From NCBI RefSeq assembly GCF_022701215.1, contig NZ_CP089976.1, positions 810,001 through 842,000 on the forward strand: a stretch of 32,000 nt of DNA, in the 5' to 3' direction. The stretch comes from Moraxella nasovis (GTDB lineage: Bacteria > Pseudomonadota > Gammaproteobacteria > Pseudomonadales > Moraxellaceae). The first letter of the stretch is position 1. Each line of letters begins with the position of its first letter. The notes below the pieces were generated by a model. That model made no database searches and had not been told where the DNA came from. It worked only from the letters and a program-made list of their open reading frames with translations. Below, piece by piece: positions 10,801 to 20,240 of this stretch. The position numbers and the translations under genes are program-made.

Positions 10801-11760
10801 ACGAATCTCACCACCAGCTCCTGTGGCTGCCCCTGCAAATGGGGCGATGGCGGTGGGGTGATTGTGCGTCTCCACTTTCATCAAGATGTCAATTTGTTCA
10901 TCATGAAAGCCGTACTGTGCTTCACGGTCTGTATTTTTGGTGGGATAAAAACGGGGCGTTTTAAAGCCTGCCATCACCGCTGCATTGTCCTTGTAGGCAG
11001 ACAAGATGCCGTCAGCGTGCTTCTCGTGGGTATTTTTAATCATCTTAAACAGTGATTTGGGCTGTATTTGCCCATCAATCGTCCACTCGGCATTAAAAAT
11101 CTTATGACGGCAATGCTCAGAGTTGGCTTGGGCGAACATCATCAGCTCAACATCGGTCGGATTGCGACCTAATTTGGTGAAATTATCTACCAAATAATCC
11201 ACATCGACATCAGACAAAGCAAAGCCAAACTCACGATTGGCTGCCACCAAAGCATCACGCCCACAGCCCATGATGTCCACCGTGCTTAGATGGGCAGGCT
11301 CGCCATCAATGAATAAAGCTGACACTTCGTCCAAGTCGTACACCAAACTTTGGGTCATGCGGTCGTACAAGATACGCTCGGCGGCGACTGGTAATTTGGC
11401 AGGCAGATTGTCGCCTGTCAGCGTAAAGATGACAACACGCTCAATCCGACCCACCTTGATGCCACAGTTATTAAAAATATCGGTCGCCTTAGATGACCAA
11501 GGGCTAATCGTGCCAAATCTTGGGGCGATGATGAGTTGTAGCTCGTCGTCTGTGGCGGTGGTTAAAGGGATTTTCTCGCCTTGATTGAGTAGGCTTACCG
11601 CCTTTTGATGGTCGCTACCACTTAGGGGCAAATCAAATACATACACTTGTTGGCTGTCAATACGCTCAATGTGTAGCCCTGCTTTTTGGCGAAGCTGTGT
11701 GGCTAATTGATGAGCTTGAAAATCCGTTAAAAAACGATGCCCTGCGATGGTGCTAATCAT
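7816..11760 (-). CDS. purL: Phosphoribosylformylglycinamidine synthase (large single-chain PurL)
   Basis: About 1314 aa after trimming to the ATG at 11760 ([15 protein letters not shown]...). Contains FGAM synthetase AIRS-like domains and a C-terminal glutamine amidotransferase (GVCNGCQ, HPER). Confidence 0.95.
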   Translation of the reverse strand: MISTIAGHRFLTDFQAHQLATQLRQKAGLHIERIDSQQVYVFDLPLSGSDHQKAVSLLNQGEKIPLTTATDDELQLIIAPRFGTISPWSSKATDIFNNCGIKVGRIERVVIFTLTGDNLPAKLPVAAERILYDRMTQSLVYDLDEVSALFIDGEPAHLSTVDIMGCGRDALVAANREFGFALSDVDVDYLVDNFTKLGRNPTDVELMMFAQANSEHCRHKIFNAEWTIDGQIQPKSLFKMIKNTHEKHADGILSAYKDNAAVMAGFKTPRFYPTKNTDREAQYGFHDEQIDILMKVETHNHPTAIAPFAGAATGAGGEIRDEGATGRGGKPKAGLAGFSVSHLHLPNMLEKWETSGKVSTKDYGKPERMASALEIMIDGPLGSAAFANEFGRPNLNGYFRSFELDTSADQDGSQMRGYHKPIMIAGGYGNIKRNLVQKNAIQQGDLLIVLGGPAMQIGLGGGAASSVDSGELDEGLDFASVQRDNAEMERRCQEVIDTCWAMAKDGDDNNPIVSIHDVGAGGLSNAMPELVDDHELGAHLNLRKVPSLEQGMSPMAIWSNEAQERYVLAISPQNEKLFDEICARERCPYAILGIATAVRELKVDDSLLPEQPVDMPMQVLLGGTPKMKRAFHRKDNPLRSLDVSGVDLATSITDVLRHPTVASKSFLISIGDRSITGMVTQDQYVGPYQVPVADCAVTMTGLLADTGEAMAMGERTPVALISPKASARLAVGEALTNIASARINKVSDVTLSANWMAACGDEREDEALYDAVYAIGEELCPALGITIPVGKDSLSMKANWQDDGVEKTVSSPMSLIITAFAPVQDVAKTITPELVNTDAKLFRLDLSKGKYRLGGSIFAQTLSQLGDDCPDVDNASDLGNLFAFIQAASGAGLIRAYHDISDGGLVASVAEMQFASRLKVELNLSDDNLLGQLFAEELGAVVQVLADDVATFIELAKTHQVADMLSDIGQTYATPKGGANQDTLSIITPSQTTQFSRAQLQEQWSKVSHAIARLRDNPVCADQEFALISDPSHHGLIAQANYELDLAVEAPYVNSRTSQPKVAILREQGVNGHLEMAAGFVRAGFEAIDVHMSDLMSGRINLRDFEGLVACGGFSYGDVLGAGSGWANSVLFHDELRMQFARFFHRQETFALGVCNGCQMMSQLKELMVGADHFPRFIQNQSARFEARTVNVQVERTKSVLLKGMQDSILPVAVAHGEGYADLTDKSINELSLHGQIALRYVDSQGNPTEHYPLNPNGSPQGITGVCSSDGRVTLMMPHPERTLRAVNHSWKPDAWQQDGAWLRLFRNARAFLR

Positions 11761-12176
11761 GGCGATACCTTTTAAGATGGTGCAAAAGAAAAATACCTGC
11801 ATTATAACAGATTTACCAAAAAGTGGGCACAAACTTTAGTCATCAACGCCCAAATCTCTTTATCGCCTGTTATAAATTAAACACAAGTCTTAATATTACT
11901 TTACAAATTAGTACAATTTAGCACTTTAGCCAAACTACCCAAAGCCTAGACAAACAGCTTAGGCAAATAATCCAAACAAACACCCATAAATATATCCACC
12001 ATAAAAATGCTAAGACAATGATGACCAGTAGCCAACATATGTTCATCACACGGCTAAAACCTTTGGTGTTTGACAAAATGGGTGGCAGTATTGCTTGTCG
12101 TTTTTGCTTGATAGATTGGCTTAATTTGACTGTAGATTTGCCATCGCTTTGTTGTTATGGCTAGCTTACTAAGCTA

Positions 12177-15140
12177 TTACATCACTTTCCATGTGATGGC
12201 ATTTTCATCAGCTGTATCATGGTGCGATGATGATTGTAAATACTCATTTAAATCAATCGCTTGCAAGGCATCTAACGCATCAATAAGCATACGGTAGCTT
12301 GGACGCATACTAATAAAATGACTGGCACTCACCTGACTAACATCTGCTCGGCACTGCTCTTCAAAGTCTTGTGCAGCATGGCGTAATCTTGGCACGCCTG
12401 TATAGCGAGAGCCGCCCACCATGCGATGAGCAATCTGAGCAAGCTCTGCTCTGTTCCTATCCGCCCACGCACGCTCTAAGAGCTGTTTTTCACTCTCGGC
12501 TGTGTCGATTATGGTCTGTAGGAGCGTTTCAGCCAAATCAACTTTATTGGCTGCTCGCTGCAGTGCATCCGCCCAATCAATATCAGCAGCATTTACCACA
12601 GAAGTGGCGTCACTCATCGCCACAGGCTTAAGCATTGATACCGCTTTAGACATGACATCCACCCCTGTCACATCGTGGTGTAACCATCGCTCTAGCGTCT
12701 GCATCAGCTGTAGATGCCCGATGGGCTTGCCAACATAGTCATCAAGCCCTGCTGCCACCAGACGGTCTTTCTCATCTGCAAGCCCATGAGCAGTCAAGGC
12801 GATGATAGGCGTCGGCTTCGCCTTATGCGTCTGCTCTAACTTGCGAATTTGCTGAGTTGCTTCAAGCCCTGACATTCTTGGCATTTGAATATCCATAAAG
12901 ATTAAATCAATCGGCTTAAGGCTATTGGTCACCACCTGACTCATCATCTCGATGGCATCAAAGCCGTTACTTGCTTGAATCACTTCTACCCCAAGCTCAC
13001 AAAGCAATGCTTCTAATACCAATAAATTTGGCAAATGATCATCAACTGCCAGCACTCTTGTGCCTTTAAATTTTAGCTCAACAGACTTGCTTTTAGCATA
13101 GGCATCGCCATGATTGCAAAGCATCGCATAAAGCTGTCTACGGTCAAGTGGCTCATACAGTGCATGGGTTTTATAGCGTTCTAACAGCATATTATCCATG
13201 CCAACCTGATAACCGTACGCTGCTAATGGACCTTGGTATCTTAAGCGAATTTGGCGTAAAATCGCTCGGATGTCGTCTTGGGCGGCGTCTTGCCCAAAGT
13301 TATCCACAATCACCCAATCAAAGCCATGCTCCTTATGGTCAAGCTGCTCTAATAAATCTGCCAAGCCAATCGCAAAAAATACATGTACGTTATCTTGGCT
13401 TAGGCTTGCTTTTAGTACTTGAACTGCTGGCAGATGGTTAATCCACACCAAGACAGAGAGCGGTCGCTCCTTTGTGCCAAGTGTCGGCACAACTTCTTGT
13501 ATCTCCGTTACTTCTGCAGTCTTAAGCCCTGTTGGCATCTCAAACCAAAAAGTCGCTCCGTTTTTAGCAGCATTTTCGCTTTGATTATCAAAAAATCCAA
13601 TATCACCGCCCATTAAGGCAGTTAGCTGCTTTGAAATAACCAGACCAAGACCTGTGCCACCATAACGCCGAGTTACCGACAAATCCCCTTGGCTAAAGCT
13701 TTTAAATAATTGCTCTTTATCAGATTCGCTGACGCCTTTGCCTGTGTCTTCCACCGCAATTTTTAGAAAGTTTGGCTTATCATCAGATAAGCTGACTTTG
13801 ACAACCACACCACCTGTATCGGTAAATTTAATGGCGTTACCAACAAGATTGGTTAAAATTTGCTTAACACGCAAGCTATCACCAATAGCGTGCGTTGGCA
13901 CGTCATTATAAAATAACACCGCCAAGCGTAAATGCTTTTCAAGGGCGGTAGGTGACAGCATATCCACCACATCATAAATCGTGGCGTACAAATCGTACTC
14001 ATGGCTGTCAAGCACCAATTTACCTGCTTCAATCTTTGAAAAATCGAGTACATCATTCACCAAAGCAAGCAGATGGGCAGATGATTTTTTGATGGTCTGA
14101 ACGTATAAATTTTGCTCACCTGTTAGGTCTTTTTTACGAGCTAACAGATTAATAAACCCATCAATGCTGTTTAGTGGCGTGCGAAGTTCATGGCTGATAT
14201 TTGCCAAAAATGCCGACTTAGCTTGGCTTGTACTTACCGCCAAATCACGAGCCTTACGAATGGAGATATTTTGCATTTCCATCTCGTCAAAGGCTTGTTG
14301 TAAGTCTCTTTCTGTTTCATCAGCGTGCTGCTTTAACTCTTGAAAGCTGACATTTAGCCGTCTTAACGCCCTGACAAAATCTTGCTGAATCAGCTTAAAC
14401 TCACCACTTGTACGCATACTTGGTGGCTCAGTTAAATTGTCAACATTTAGCTTTTGTAGATAAAGCCGCATCTCATAAATGGGGGCAATCCATCGCTTAG
14501 AATAGCTATTTAAAATCAAAAGCAGTAATAAAATGGTGATAAGTCCCGTCACACACAGTGCCAACAGCACTCGATAAAAGGTGATGATTAAGGGACTATC
14601 ATCCATCTCTACAAACAGCCAAAATCGCTGATGGTCCACTTGTATAGCACGCCCATAAGCTGTGCCATAATCGGTGGCAAGTCTTGAAACTACTTGCTTG
14701 GTTGTATCAAAATCACCCCACTTAGCCTGCTTATTTGACCCTGATGTCAGCACAATATTTGCCTGACTATCCATAATCGCCATTCGCTGGACATGCTGAA
14801 GCTTAATTTGGTTAAAATAATTGCTAAGCTTAACGTATAAACTGGCATCATGATCATGCAGATTAGACCTGTTGGCATCGTCATTCCAGTCTTGGGTAAT
14901 CTGCATTAAGGTAGTAGTCATATTAGGATTATTATCTTGGGCAAGTAGCGAACGTGCTTGCACTTCATAGCGTGTTAATGCAGCTTGGGCAAGCACGTCT
15001 TGCTCTGATAAAACGGCTCGACGCACTTCAAAAAACACAAGCAAACCACCAACCATCGCTAAGATAGCGATTGGCACAAACACCAACAAAATCAGCTGTC
15101 CATAAGCACTTTTTAAGGCTTTTAGTCGGGGGTGATTCAT
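12177..15140 (-). CDS. Hybrid sensor histidine kinase/response regulator with HPt domain (BarA/GacS type)
   Basis: Two TM segments flank a periplasmic region. H-box FLANISHELRTPLN, HATPase N/G boxes (NLVGNAIKFT, GTGLGL), receiver (VLAVDDH...FMDIQMPRMSG) and C-terminal HPt (IAHRMVGGSRYTG). Confidence 0.85.
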   Translation of the reverse strand: MNHPRLKALKSAYGQLILLVFVPIAILAMVGGLLVFFEVRRAVLSEQDVLAQAALTRYEVQARSLLAQDNNPNMTTTLMQITQDWNDDANRSNLHDHDASLYVKLSNYFNQIKLQHVQRMAIMDSQANIVLTSGSNKQAKWGDFDTTKQVVSRLATDYGTAYGRAIQVDHQRFWLFVEMDDSPLIITFYRVLLALCVTGLITILLLLLILNSYSKRWIAPIYEMRLYLQKLNVDNLTEPPSMRTSGEFKLIQQDFVRALRRLNVSFQELKQHADETERDLQQAFDEMEMQNISIRKARDLAVSTSQAKSAFLANISHELRTPLNSIDGFINLLARKKDLTGEQNLYVQTIKKSSAHLLALVNDVLDFSKIEAGKLVLDSHEYDLYATIYDVVDMLSPTALEKHLRLAVLFYNDVPTHAIGDSLRVKQILTNLVGNAIKFTDTGGVVVKVSLSDDKPNFLKIAVEDTGKGVSESDKEQLFKSFSQGDLSVTRRYGGTGLGLVISKQLTALMGGDIGFFDNQSENAAKNGATFWFEMPTGLKTAEVTEIQEVVPTLGTKERPLSVLVWINHLPAVQVLKASLSQDNVHVFFAIGLADLLEQLDHKEHGFDWVIVDNFGQDAAQDDIRAILRQIRLRYQGPLAAYGYQVGMDNMLLERYKTHALYEPLDRRQLYAMLCNHGDAYAKSKSVELKFKGTRVLAVDDHLPNLLVLEALLCELGVEVIQASNGFDAIEMMSQVVTNSLKPIDLIFMDIQMPRMSGLEATQQIRKLEQTHKAKPTPIIALTAHGLADEKDRLVAAGLDDYVGKPIGHLQLMQTLERWLHHDVTGVDVMSKAVSMLKPVAMSDATSVVNAADIDWADALQRAANKVDLAETLLQTIIDTAESEKQLLERAWADRNRAELAQIAHRMVGGSRYTGVPRLRHAAQDFEEQCRADVSQVSASHFISMRPSYRMLIDALDALQAIDLNEYLQSSSHHDTADENAITWKVM

Positions 15141-15299
15141 AGATAATACCTAACAAATGACTGTGGTTAGTGTAGCATGTTTCACACAGCGAATAAATCA
15201 CAAAAAAAACCAAAACGCTGTATAAGCTTAGAGTTTTTTGTCGTGGTAGATGTGCTATAATCCATCACATCACACCAAATTAATGACACGGATTTTATC

Positions 15300-16214
15300 A
15301 TGATGCACACTGCTTTAACCACCACACACCTTGCTGATACAGTAGGTAACACGCCTTTGGTTTTGCTTGATAGCTTTGGCACACCACATGTCACCATCTT
15401 AGCCAAGCTTGAGGGCAATAACCCTGCAGGTTCTGTAAAAGATCGCCCTGCCTTTAATATGATTAACGAGGCCCAAAAGCGTGGACAAATCACACCGGGC
15501 GACACGCTCATCGAAGCGACAAGCGGTAACACAGGCATTGCTCTTGCGATGGTGGCTGCCATGCTTGGCTATAAGATGACGCTCATCATGCCAAAAAACT
15601 CAACCCAAGAACGTAAAGACGCCATGCGTGCCTATGGTGCGACACTTATCGAGGTTGAGCAAGGCATGGAAGAGGCTCGTGACCTAGCATTACAAATGCA
15701 AGCCGATGGCAAAGGCATCGTCTTAGATCAATTTAATAATGATGATAACTGGCAAGCCCATTACCGCACCACAGGACCTGAAATCTGGAAGCAGACGGAC
15801 GGTAAAATCACCCACTTTGTCAGCTCTATGGGCACAACAGGCACGATTATGGGCGTCTCAAAATTCTTAAAAGAACAAAACCCAAATATCCAGATTATCG
15901 GGCTACAGCCAGATGAGCATTCAAGCATTGCAGGCATTCGCCGATGGGAGAGGGCCTATCTGCCACAAATCTTTGACCCAACATTCGTCGATGTCGTGAT
16001 GGATGTTAATCAAAAAGACGCTGAGATCACCATGCGACAGCTTGCCAAGCAAGAAGGCGTATTTTGTGGGGTGTCATCTGGCGGTGCAGCTTGGGCAAGC
16101 CAGCAAGTGGCAAAGACCATCACTACAAATGACCCCAAAGCAGTAATCGTCTTTATCGTCTGCGATAGAGGGGATAGGTATTTATCAACAGGGCTGTTTG
16201 GTGTTGAAGATTAA
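15300..16214 (+). CDS. cysM: Cysteine synthase B (O-acetylserine sulfhydrylase B)
   Basis: Close collinear resemblance to E. coli CysM: GNTPLV, LEGNNPAGSVKDR, TSGNTGIALA, SSMGTTGT, GVSSGGA, CDRGDRYLSTG. Confidence 0.85.
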   Translation: MMHTALTTTHLADTVGNTPLVLLDSFGTPHVTILAKLEGNNPAGSVKDRPAFNMINEAQKRGQITPGDTLIEATSGNTGIALAMVAAMLGYKMTLIMPKNSTQERKDAMRAYGATLIEVEQGMEEARDLALQMQADGKGIVLDQFNNDDNWQAHYRTTGPEIWKQTDGKITHFVSSMGTTGTIMGVSKFLKEQNPNIQIIGLQPDEHSSIAGIRRWERAYLPQIFDPTFVDVVMDVNQKDAEITMRQLAKQEGVFCGVSSGGAAWASQQVAKTITTNDPKAVIVFIVCDRGDRYLSTGLFGVED

Positions 16215-16262
16215 TTAAGCCACACCAGTTGACTCGATTTTTGTTTGATACAAGGATAAGCC

Positions 16263-17036
16263 ATGCCACCGATTTTAGTATTTGACATTGAGACCATACC
16301 TGACACCGTGACAGGTAAAAAGCTTTATCCTGAGCTTGCAGGTCTATCTGAGGCCGATACGCTTAGCGCCTTGATGGCGTTAAGACAGTCTGAAGTGGGT
16401 AATAGCTTTATGCAGCACCCTTTGCATAAGATTGCGTGCTTGTCGTTTTTATGGTTTGATGAAGGGCAATTCACCCTAAAATCATTAAGCCTAGATAGTA
16501 GGGACGAACGCAGCATTCTTAGCACATTTTTGCGTGCTTTTGACAAAAAGCCCATCATTGTGTCATGGAATGGATCAGGATTTGATTTGCCTGTGCTGCT
16601 GTATCGCATGACGCACCACCACATTGATGCTAGCCCCATCATGAATGCAGGCTTTAAGCAGAACGATTATCTAAACCGTTACAGCGAAAAACACGTGGAT
16701 CTGATGGATAAGTTCTCCTTTGGCGTGTGGTCAAATAAACAAAAACTTGACACCATCGCAAGCCTATGTGGCTTTGCTGGTAAAGGTGACTTAGATGGCT
16801 CTCAAGTTGTGCCAATGGTGCTAAAAAATCAATGGCATAAGCTGACTAATTATTGTGAAAGCGACGTGATTAATACGTGGTTTATTTACCTAAGATGGCT
16901 TGTGCTGACAGGTAAAATGGATGAGCAAAGTGCAAACACGCTGCTAACCCACACCCAAGACTTTATCCAATCTTTAGTTGATACAAGTGGAAAACCACGC
17001 CATCAGCAGTTTTTACAAGGTTGGCAAGAGTCATAG
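16263..17036 (+). CDS. Predicted 3'-5' exonuclease, PolB-exonuclease-like (RNase H fold)
   Basis: N-terminal VFDIETIPD Exo-I-like motif and later NGSGFDLPVL and CESDV motifs. 257 aa. Confidence 0.65.
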   Translation: MPPILVFDIETIPDTVTGKKLYPELAGLSEADTLSALMALRQSEVGNSFMQHPLHKIACLSFLWFDEGQFTLKSLSLDSRDERSILSTFLRAFDKKPIIVSWNGSGFDLPVLLYRMTHHHIDASPIMNAGFKQNDYLNRYSEKHVDLMDKFSFGVWSNKQKLDTIASLCGFAGKGDLDGSQVVPMVLKNQWHKLTNYCESDVINTWFIYLRWLVLTGKMDEQSANTLLTHTQDFIQSLVDTSGKPRHQQFLQGWQES

Positions 17037-17088
17037 ATAATCTGTGGTATAATTGAGCCTTTTACCCACCTTTTTTGGCAAGGCAACC

Positions 17089-18579
17089 ATGACTGTTCAT
17101 AACCCAACCATCTTACAAGCACCAAATAAAAAACACAGCAAAACCAATGCTCGCACCCGTAAACGCTTACAAGACGCACCGCCTGTTACGCTCGTCATTG
17201 ACAATCTAGCTCATGATGGGCGTGGCGTGGCAGCGTATGGTGTCGGTGAGCAGGCAAGCTTACACCCTACCGATAAGCACGGCAAAAAAGTCTTTGTTAA
17301 TTTTGCCCTACCAAACGAAACCGTCAGCGTACAGATTAAATCTAGCAAAAAAACCTTTGAAGAAGGTGACGCTTTAACTGTGCTAAATAACCCTAATCCT
17401 GAACGCCAAACACCGCCTTGCCCACATTTTGGGGTGTGTGGTGGCTGTAGTCTGCAGCATTGGCAAGCCGATGGGCAGATCGCCTTTAAACAAAAGGTCT
17501 TGGCAGAACTACTAAGCCACCAAGCACTCACTCAGCCAGAGACTTGGCTAACCCCACTCACAGCAGAACGTCTAGGTTACCGTACCAAGGCACGCATGGG
17601 CGTAAGATTTGTAGAAAAAAAGAACACTGCTCTTGTCGGCTTTCGTGAGCGTAGCAGTAATTTTTTAGCAAATTTAAATGAATGCCACATTTTAGATACT
17701 CGCATTGGCTTTGAGATTGATAACCTAAAAGCCCTTATCACAAGTCTAGATGGGCGTAATGACATTGCCCAATTAGAGCTTGCCATGGGTGAGACGCTTG
17801 ATGATGTCGCAGATAGTACTAAGTCGGTTGCTGTTATCGTGCGTCATCTTCAGCCACTTTGTGATGGCGATATTGATAAACTACAAGACTTTTTTGCCAA
17901 GCGTCACTGGCAACTGTTCTTACAACCAAAAGGTAGCGATACCGTGCATCGCATCGATGATCCCCATGGGCGAGCAAGCTCTTTGACCGTGCCACCGACT
18001 GGCGGACTGTTTTATCGCTTAGCTGATTTTGATGTTACTTTTGAATTTTCACCCCTTGACTTCACCCAAGTCAACTTATCAGTTAATCGCAAGATGACCA
18101 AGCTTGCTTGTGATCTATTGGATCTAAAAGCAGGCGAGCGAGTGCTTGATCTATTCTGCGGACTTGGCAATTTTAGCCTGCCGCTTGCTAAATGTGTGGG
18201 TAAGACAGGTTTTGTGATTGGTGTTGAAGGCAGTCATGAGATGACAGAGCGTGCCGCCATGAATGCCAAAGCAAACGGCATTATGCACGCTAAGTTTTAT
18301 GCCCAAGATTTGACACAAGATTTTTCTGCCGAAGAGTGGGTAGGCGAAGTGGATGCTCTACTTATTGACCCACCTAGAAGTGGTGCTATGGAAGTGATGG
18401 CGTACTTGGGTAAATTTAACGCCAAACGCATTGTTTATGTTTCATGCAACCCTGCAACACTTGCTCGTGATACCGCCCTACTGCTTGAGCAAGGTTATAA
18501 GCTAACTCATGCAGGCGTGATGGATATGTTTAGCCACACAGGGCATGTGGAGAGTATTGCACGATTTGAGAAAATTTAG
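17089..18579 (+). CDS. rlmD: 23S rRNA (uracil1939-C5)-methyltransferase RlmD (RumA)
   Basis: Start set to the ATG at 17089. TRAM-like N-terminus, Fe-S cysteines [13 protein letters not shown] motif [14 protein letters not shown], catalytic [13 protein letters not shown]. Confidence 0.85.
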   Translation: MTVHNPTILQAPNKKHSKTNARTRKRLQDAPPVTLVIDNLAHDGRGVAAYGVGEQASLHPTDKHGKKVFVNFALPNETVSVQIKSSKKTFEEGDALTVLNNPNPERQTPPCPHFGVCGGCSLQHWQADGQIAFKQKVLAELLSHQALTQPETWLTPLTAERLGYRTKARMGVRFVEKKNTALVGFRERSSNFLANLNECHILDTRIGFEIDNLKALITSLDGRNDIAQLELAMGETLDDVADSTKSVAVIVRHLQPLCDGDIDKLQDFFAKRHWQLFLQPKGSDTVHRIDDPHGRASSLTVPPTGGLFYRLADFDVTFEFSPLDFTQVNLSVNRKMTKLACDLLDLKAGERVLDLFCGLGNFSLPLAKCVGKTGFVIGVEGSHEMTERAAMNAKANGIMHAKFYAQDLTQDFSAEEWVGEVDALLIDPPRSGAMEVMAYLGKFNAKRIVYVSCNPATLARDTALLLEQGYKLTHAGVMDMFSHTGHVESIARFEKI

Positions 18580-18628
18580 GCGACAGCTTATTCGTTAAGC
18601 ACCATTTGCCGATACCAAGATAATAGTG

Positions 18629-19444
18629 CTAAGTGTCGCACTTTTTAAATAAATAAACACAAAAACTTGCCAAAACCTTAAAACCGTCCAATGACTTTAG
18701 GGCGGTTTTTTTATCCAAGCGAGCTTTATAAGCATAAGGCGTCATGTCAATTAGATCGCTTAATGCTTGGGCATCTAGGGTCATCTCATTATCCACGTGC
18801 CATGTGTTAAGTAAATAAAATTCTGGACTCATCTGTTCTACAAACTTACCAGGCTCGTGTAAATTTACCGTATCAAACAGCCCTTGGCGAAGTGCGTACA
18901 GATGCGTAGGGGCAGGCGTTGCCATTAACATCAGACCACCATCTTTTAGCACTCTTAACATCTCAGATTTTGGTAGTGGGCTAAACAAGCTGGTACACAG
19001 ATCCACACTGTTATCAGTGATTGGCAAAAGTGATCCTGTGCCGACAATCCAAGTAATGTTTTTATGTGATAACTTGTAGGATTTGGCAGCGATTTTTACA
19101 GCAGGTTTTGCGATATCTAAAGCAAAAACTTGATGCGTCTGTTTGGCAATCTGAGCGGTGTAATAACCTTCACCACAGCCAATATCAAGTGCGGTATGGA
19201 CTTTTTGGGCTGCTATAATCTCACCGATTTTCGCTCTTAACGGCTCATAAAACCCACCCGCCAAAAAGCGTCGCCTTGCTTGCACCGATTCTGGCGTGTC
19301 GCCTGCATGATGACTGCGTTTATGCTGGACGACGTGTAGATTGACATAGCCATCTTTACTGACATCATAGCTGTGGCGATTTTGGCACGTATAAGATTTT
19401 TGAGCATACATTAAGGGGGTATGACAGATAGGACAGGCAAGCAT
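18629..19444 (-). CDS. rlmA: 23S rRNA (guanine745-N1)-methyltransferase RlmA
   Basis: Zn-finger CPICH...CQNRH, then GYVNL..VQHKRS..GD and the SAM motif LDIGCGEGYY. Collinear with E. coli RlmA(I). ATG at 19444 preferred over the TTG at 19459. Confidence 0.8.
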   Translation of the reverse strand: MLACPICHTPLMYAQKSYTCQNRHSYDVSKDGYVNLHVVQHKRSHHAGDTPESVQARRRFLAGGFYEPLRAKIGEIIAAQKVHTALDIGCGEGYYTAQIAKQTHQVFALDIAKPAVKIAAKSYKLSHKNITWIVGTGSLLPITDNSVDLCTSLFSPLPKSEMLRVLKDGGLMLMATPAPTHLYALRQGLFDTVNLHEPGKFVEQMSPEFYLLNTWHVDNEMTLDAQALSDLIDMTPYAYKARLDKKTALKSLDGFKVLASFCVYLFKKCDT

Positions 19445-19518
19445 GATTAAACTTAGCAAAAATTTAAAGTTATTTTAACATGTATCTGCTGATACAAAGA
19501 AACGTTTATACAAAAAGC

Positions 19519-20169
19519 TTAGCGATCAAATCGCCATTCCAAAGATGGTAAATGCCAATCAAAGCGAATGGCAAACATTCGCACACCAAAGATTGTCAGC
19601 AGCGTCAGCATCTCTACAAGGTGCATACTAAAGCCTATCTGCTCCAATCCAAAATATAACACCGAACCGATGATGCTGGCACTGATATAAATCTCTTTTT
19701 GTAGCACAAGTGGCACCTCATTACAGATCATATCGCGCATGATACCGCCAGCAATACTTGTCATCACCGCCATTAATACTGCCACCAAAGGATTTGCTCC
19801 AAAAGACAAAGTGACTTTTAAGCCGATCACACTAAATGCCGCCAAGCCAATCGCATCAAAGAATTTTAAAGCCCCTGCAACTTTTTTATACAGACCAAAA
19901 AACACTTGGCATAACAGCGATGTCAAGGTAATGACAATCATATAATTAAGATCTGTCATCCAAAACAGCGGATGACGATCTAGCATGACATCACGCAAAG
20001 TACCGCCACCAATGGCATTTACCATTGAAACTAAAATGCAACCAAAAAAGTCAAACCGCTTATATAATGCAAGCGTCGTTCCTGCAACTGAGCATGCCAC
20101 GATACCTACCATATCTAGCACATAAATGGCAAACTCAGCATTTAGTCCAAAATTCATCATCTTTAGCAT
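19519..20169 (-). CDS. UPF0126 / trimeric intracellular cation channel family membrane protein (YadS/YicG-like)
   Basis: Two repeats of the glycine-rich UPF0126 motif (AIGGGTLRDV and IAGGIMRDM) in a seven-helix hydrophobic protein. Confidence 0.75.
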   Translation of the reverse strand: MLKMMNFGLNAEFAIYVLDMVGIVACSVAGTTLALYKRFDFFGCILVSMVNAIGGGTLRDVMLDRHPLFWMTDLNYMIVITLTSLLCQVFFGLYKKVAGALKFFDAIGLAAFSVIGLKVTLSFGANPLVAVLMAVMTSIAGGIMRDMICNEVPLVLQKEIYISASIIGSVLYFGLEQIGFSMHLVEMLTLLTIFGVRMFAIRFDWHLPSLEWRFDR

Positions 20170-20240
20170 CCATATTCATCGGCGGTATTATAATACAAAA
20201 CCCCGCTATCGGCAGGGCTTTGTATGAACACACAAAATGA

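Noticed and set aside
15182-15562. 126-aa minus ORF overlapping the cysM start, and other 60-130-aa ORFs nested in purL, typA, the kinase, gltS and the DUF4401 gene
   Set aside because: All lie antisense to or out of frame within long genes of well-supported identity and show no RBS or family features. They are shadow ORFs.
18683-18712. Possible rlmD terminator inside the 3' end of the convergent rlmA gene (AAAACCGTCC...GGGCGGTTTTTTT)
   Set aside because: The stem is short and bulged and lies within coding sequence. It is plausible but too weak to call as a feature.
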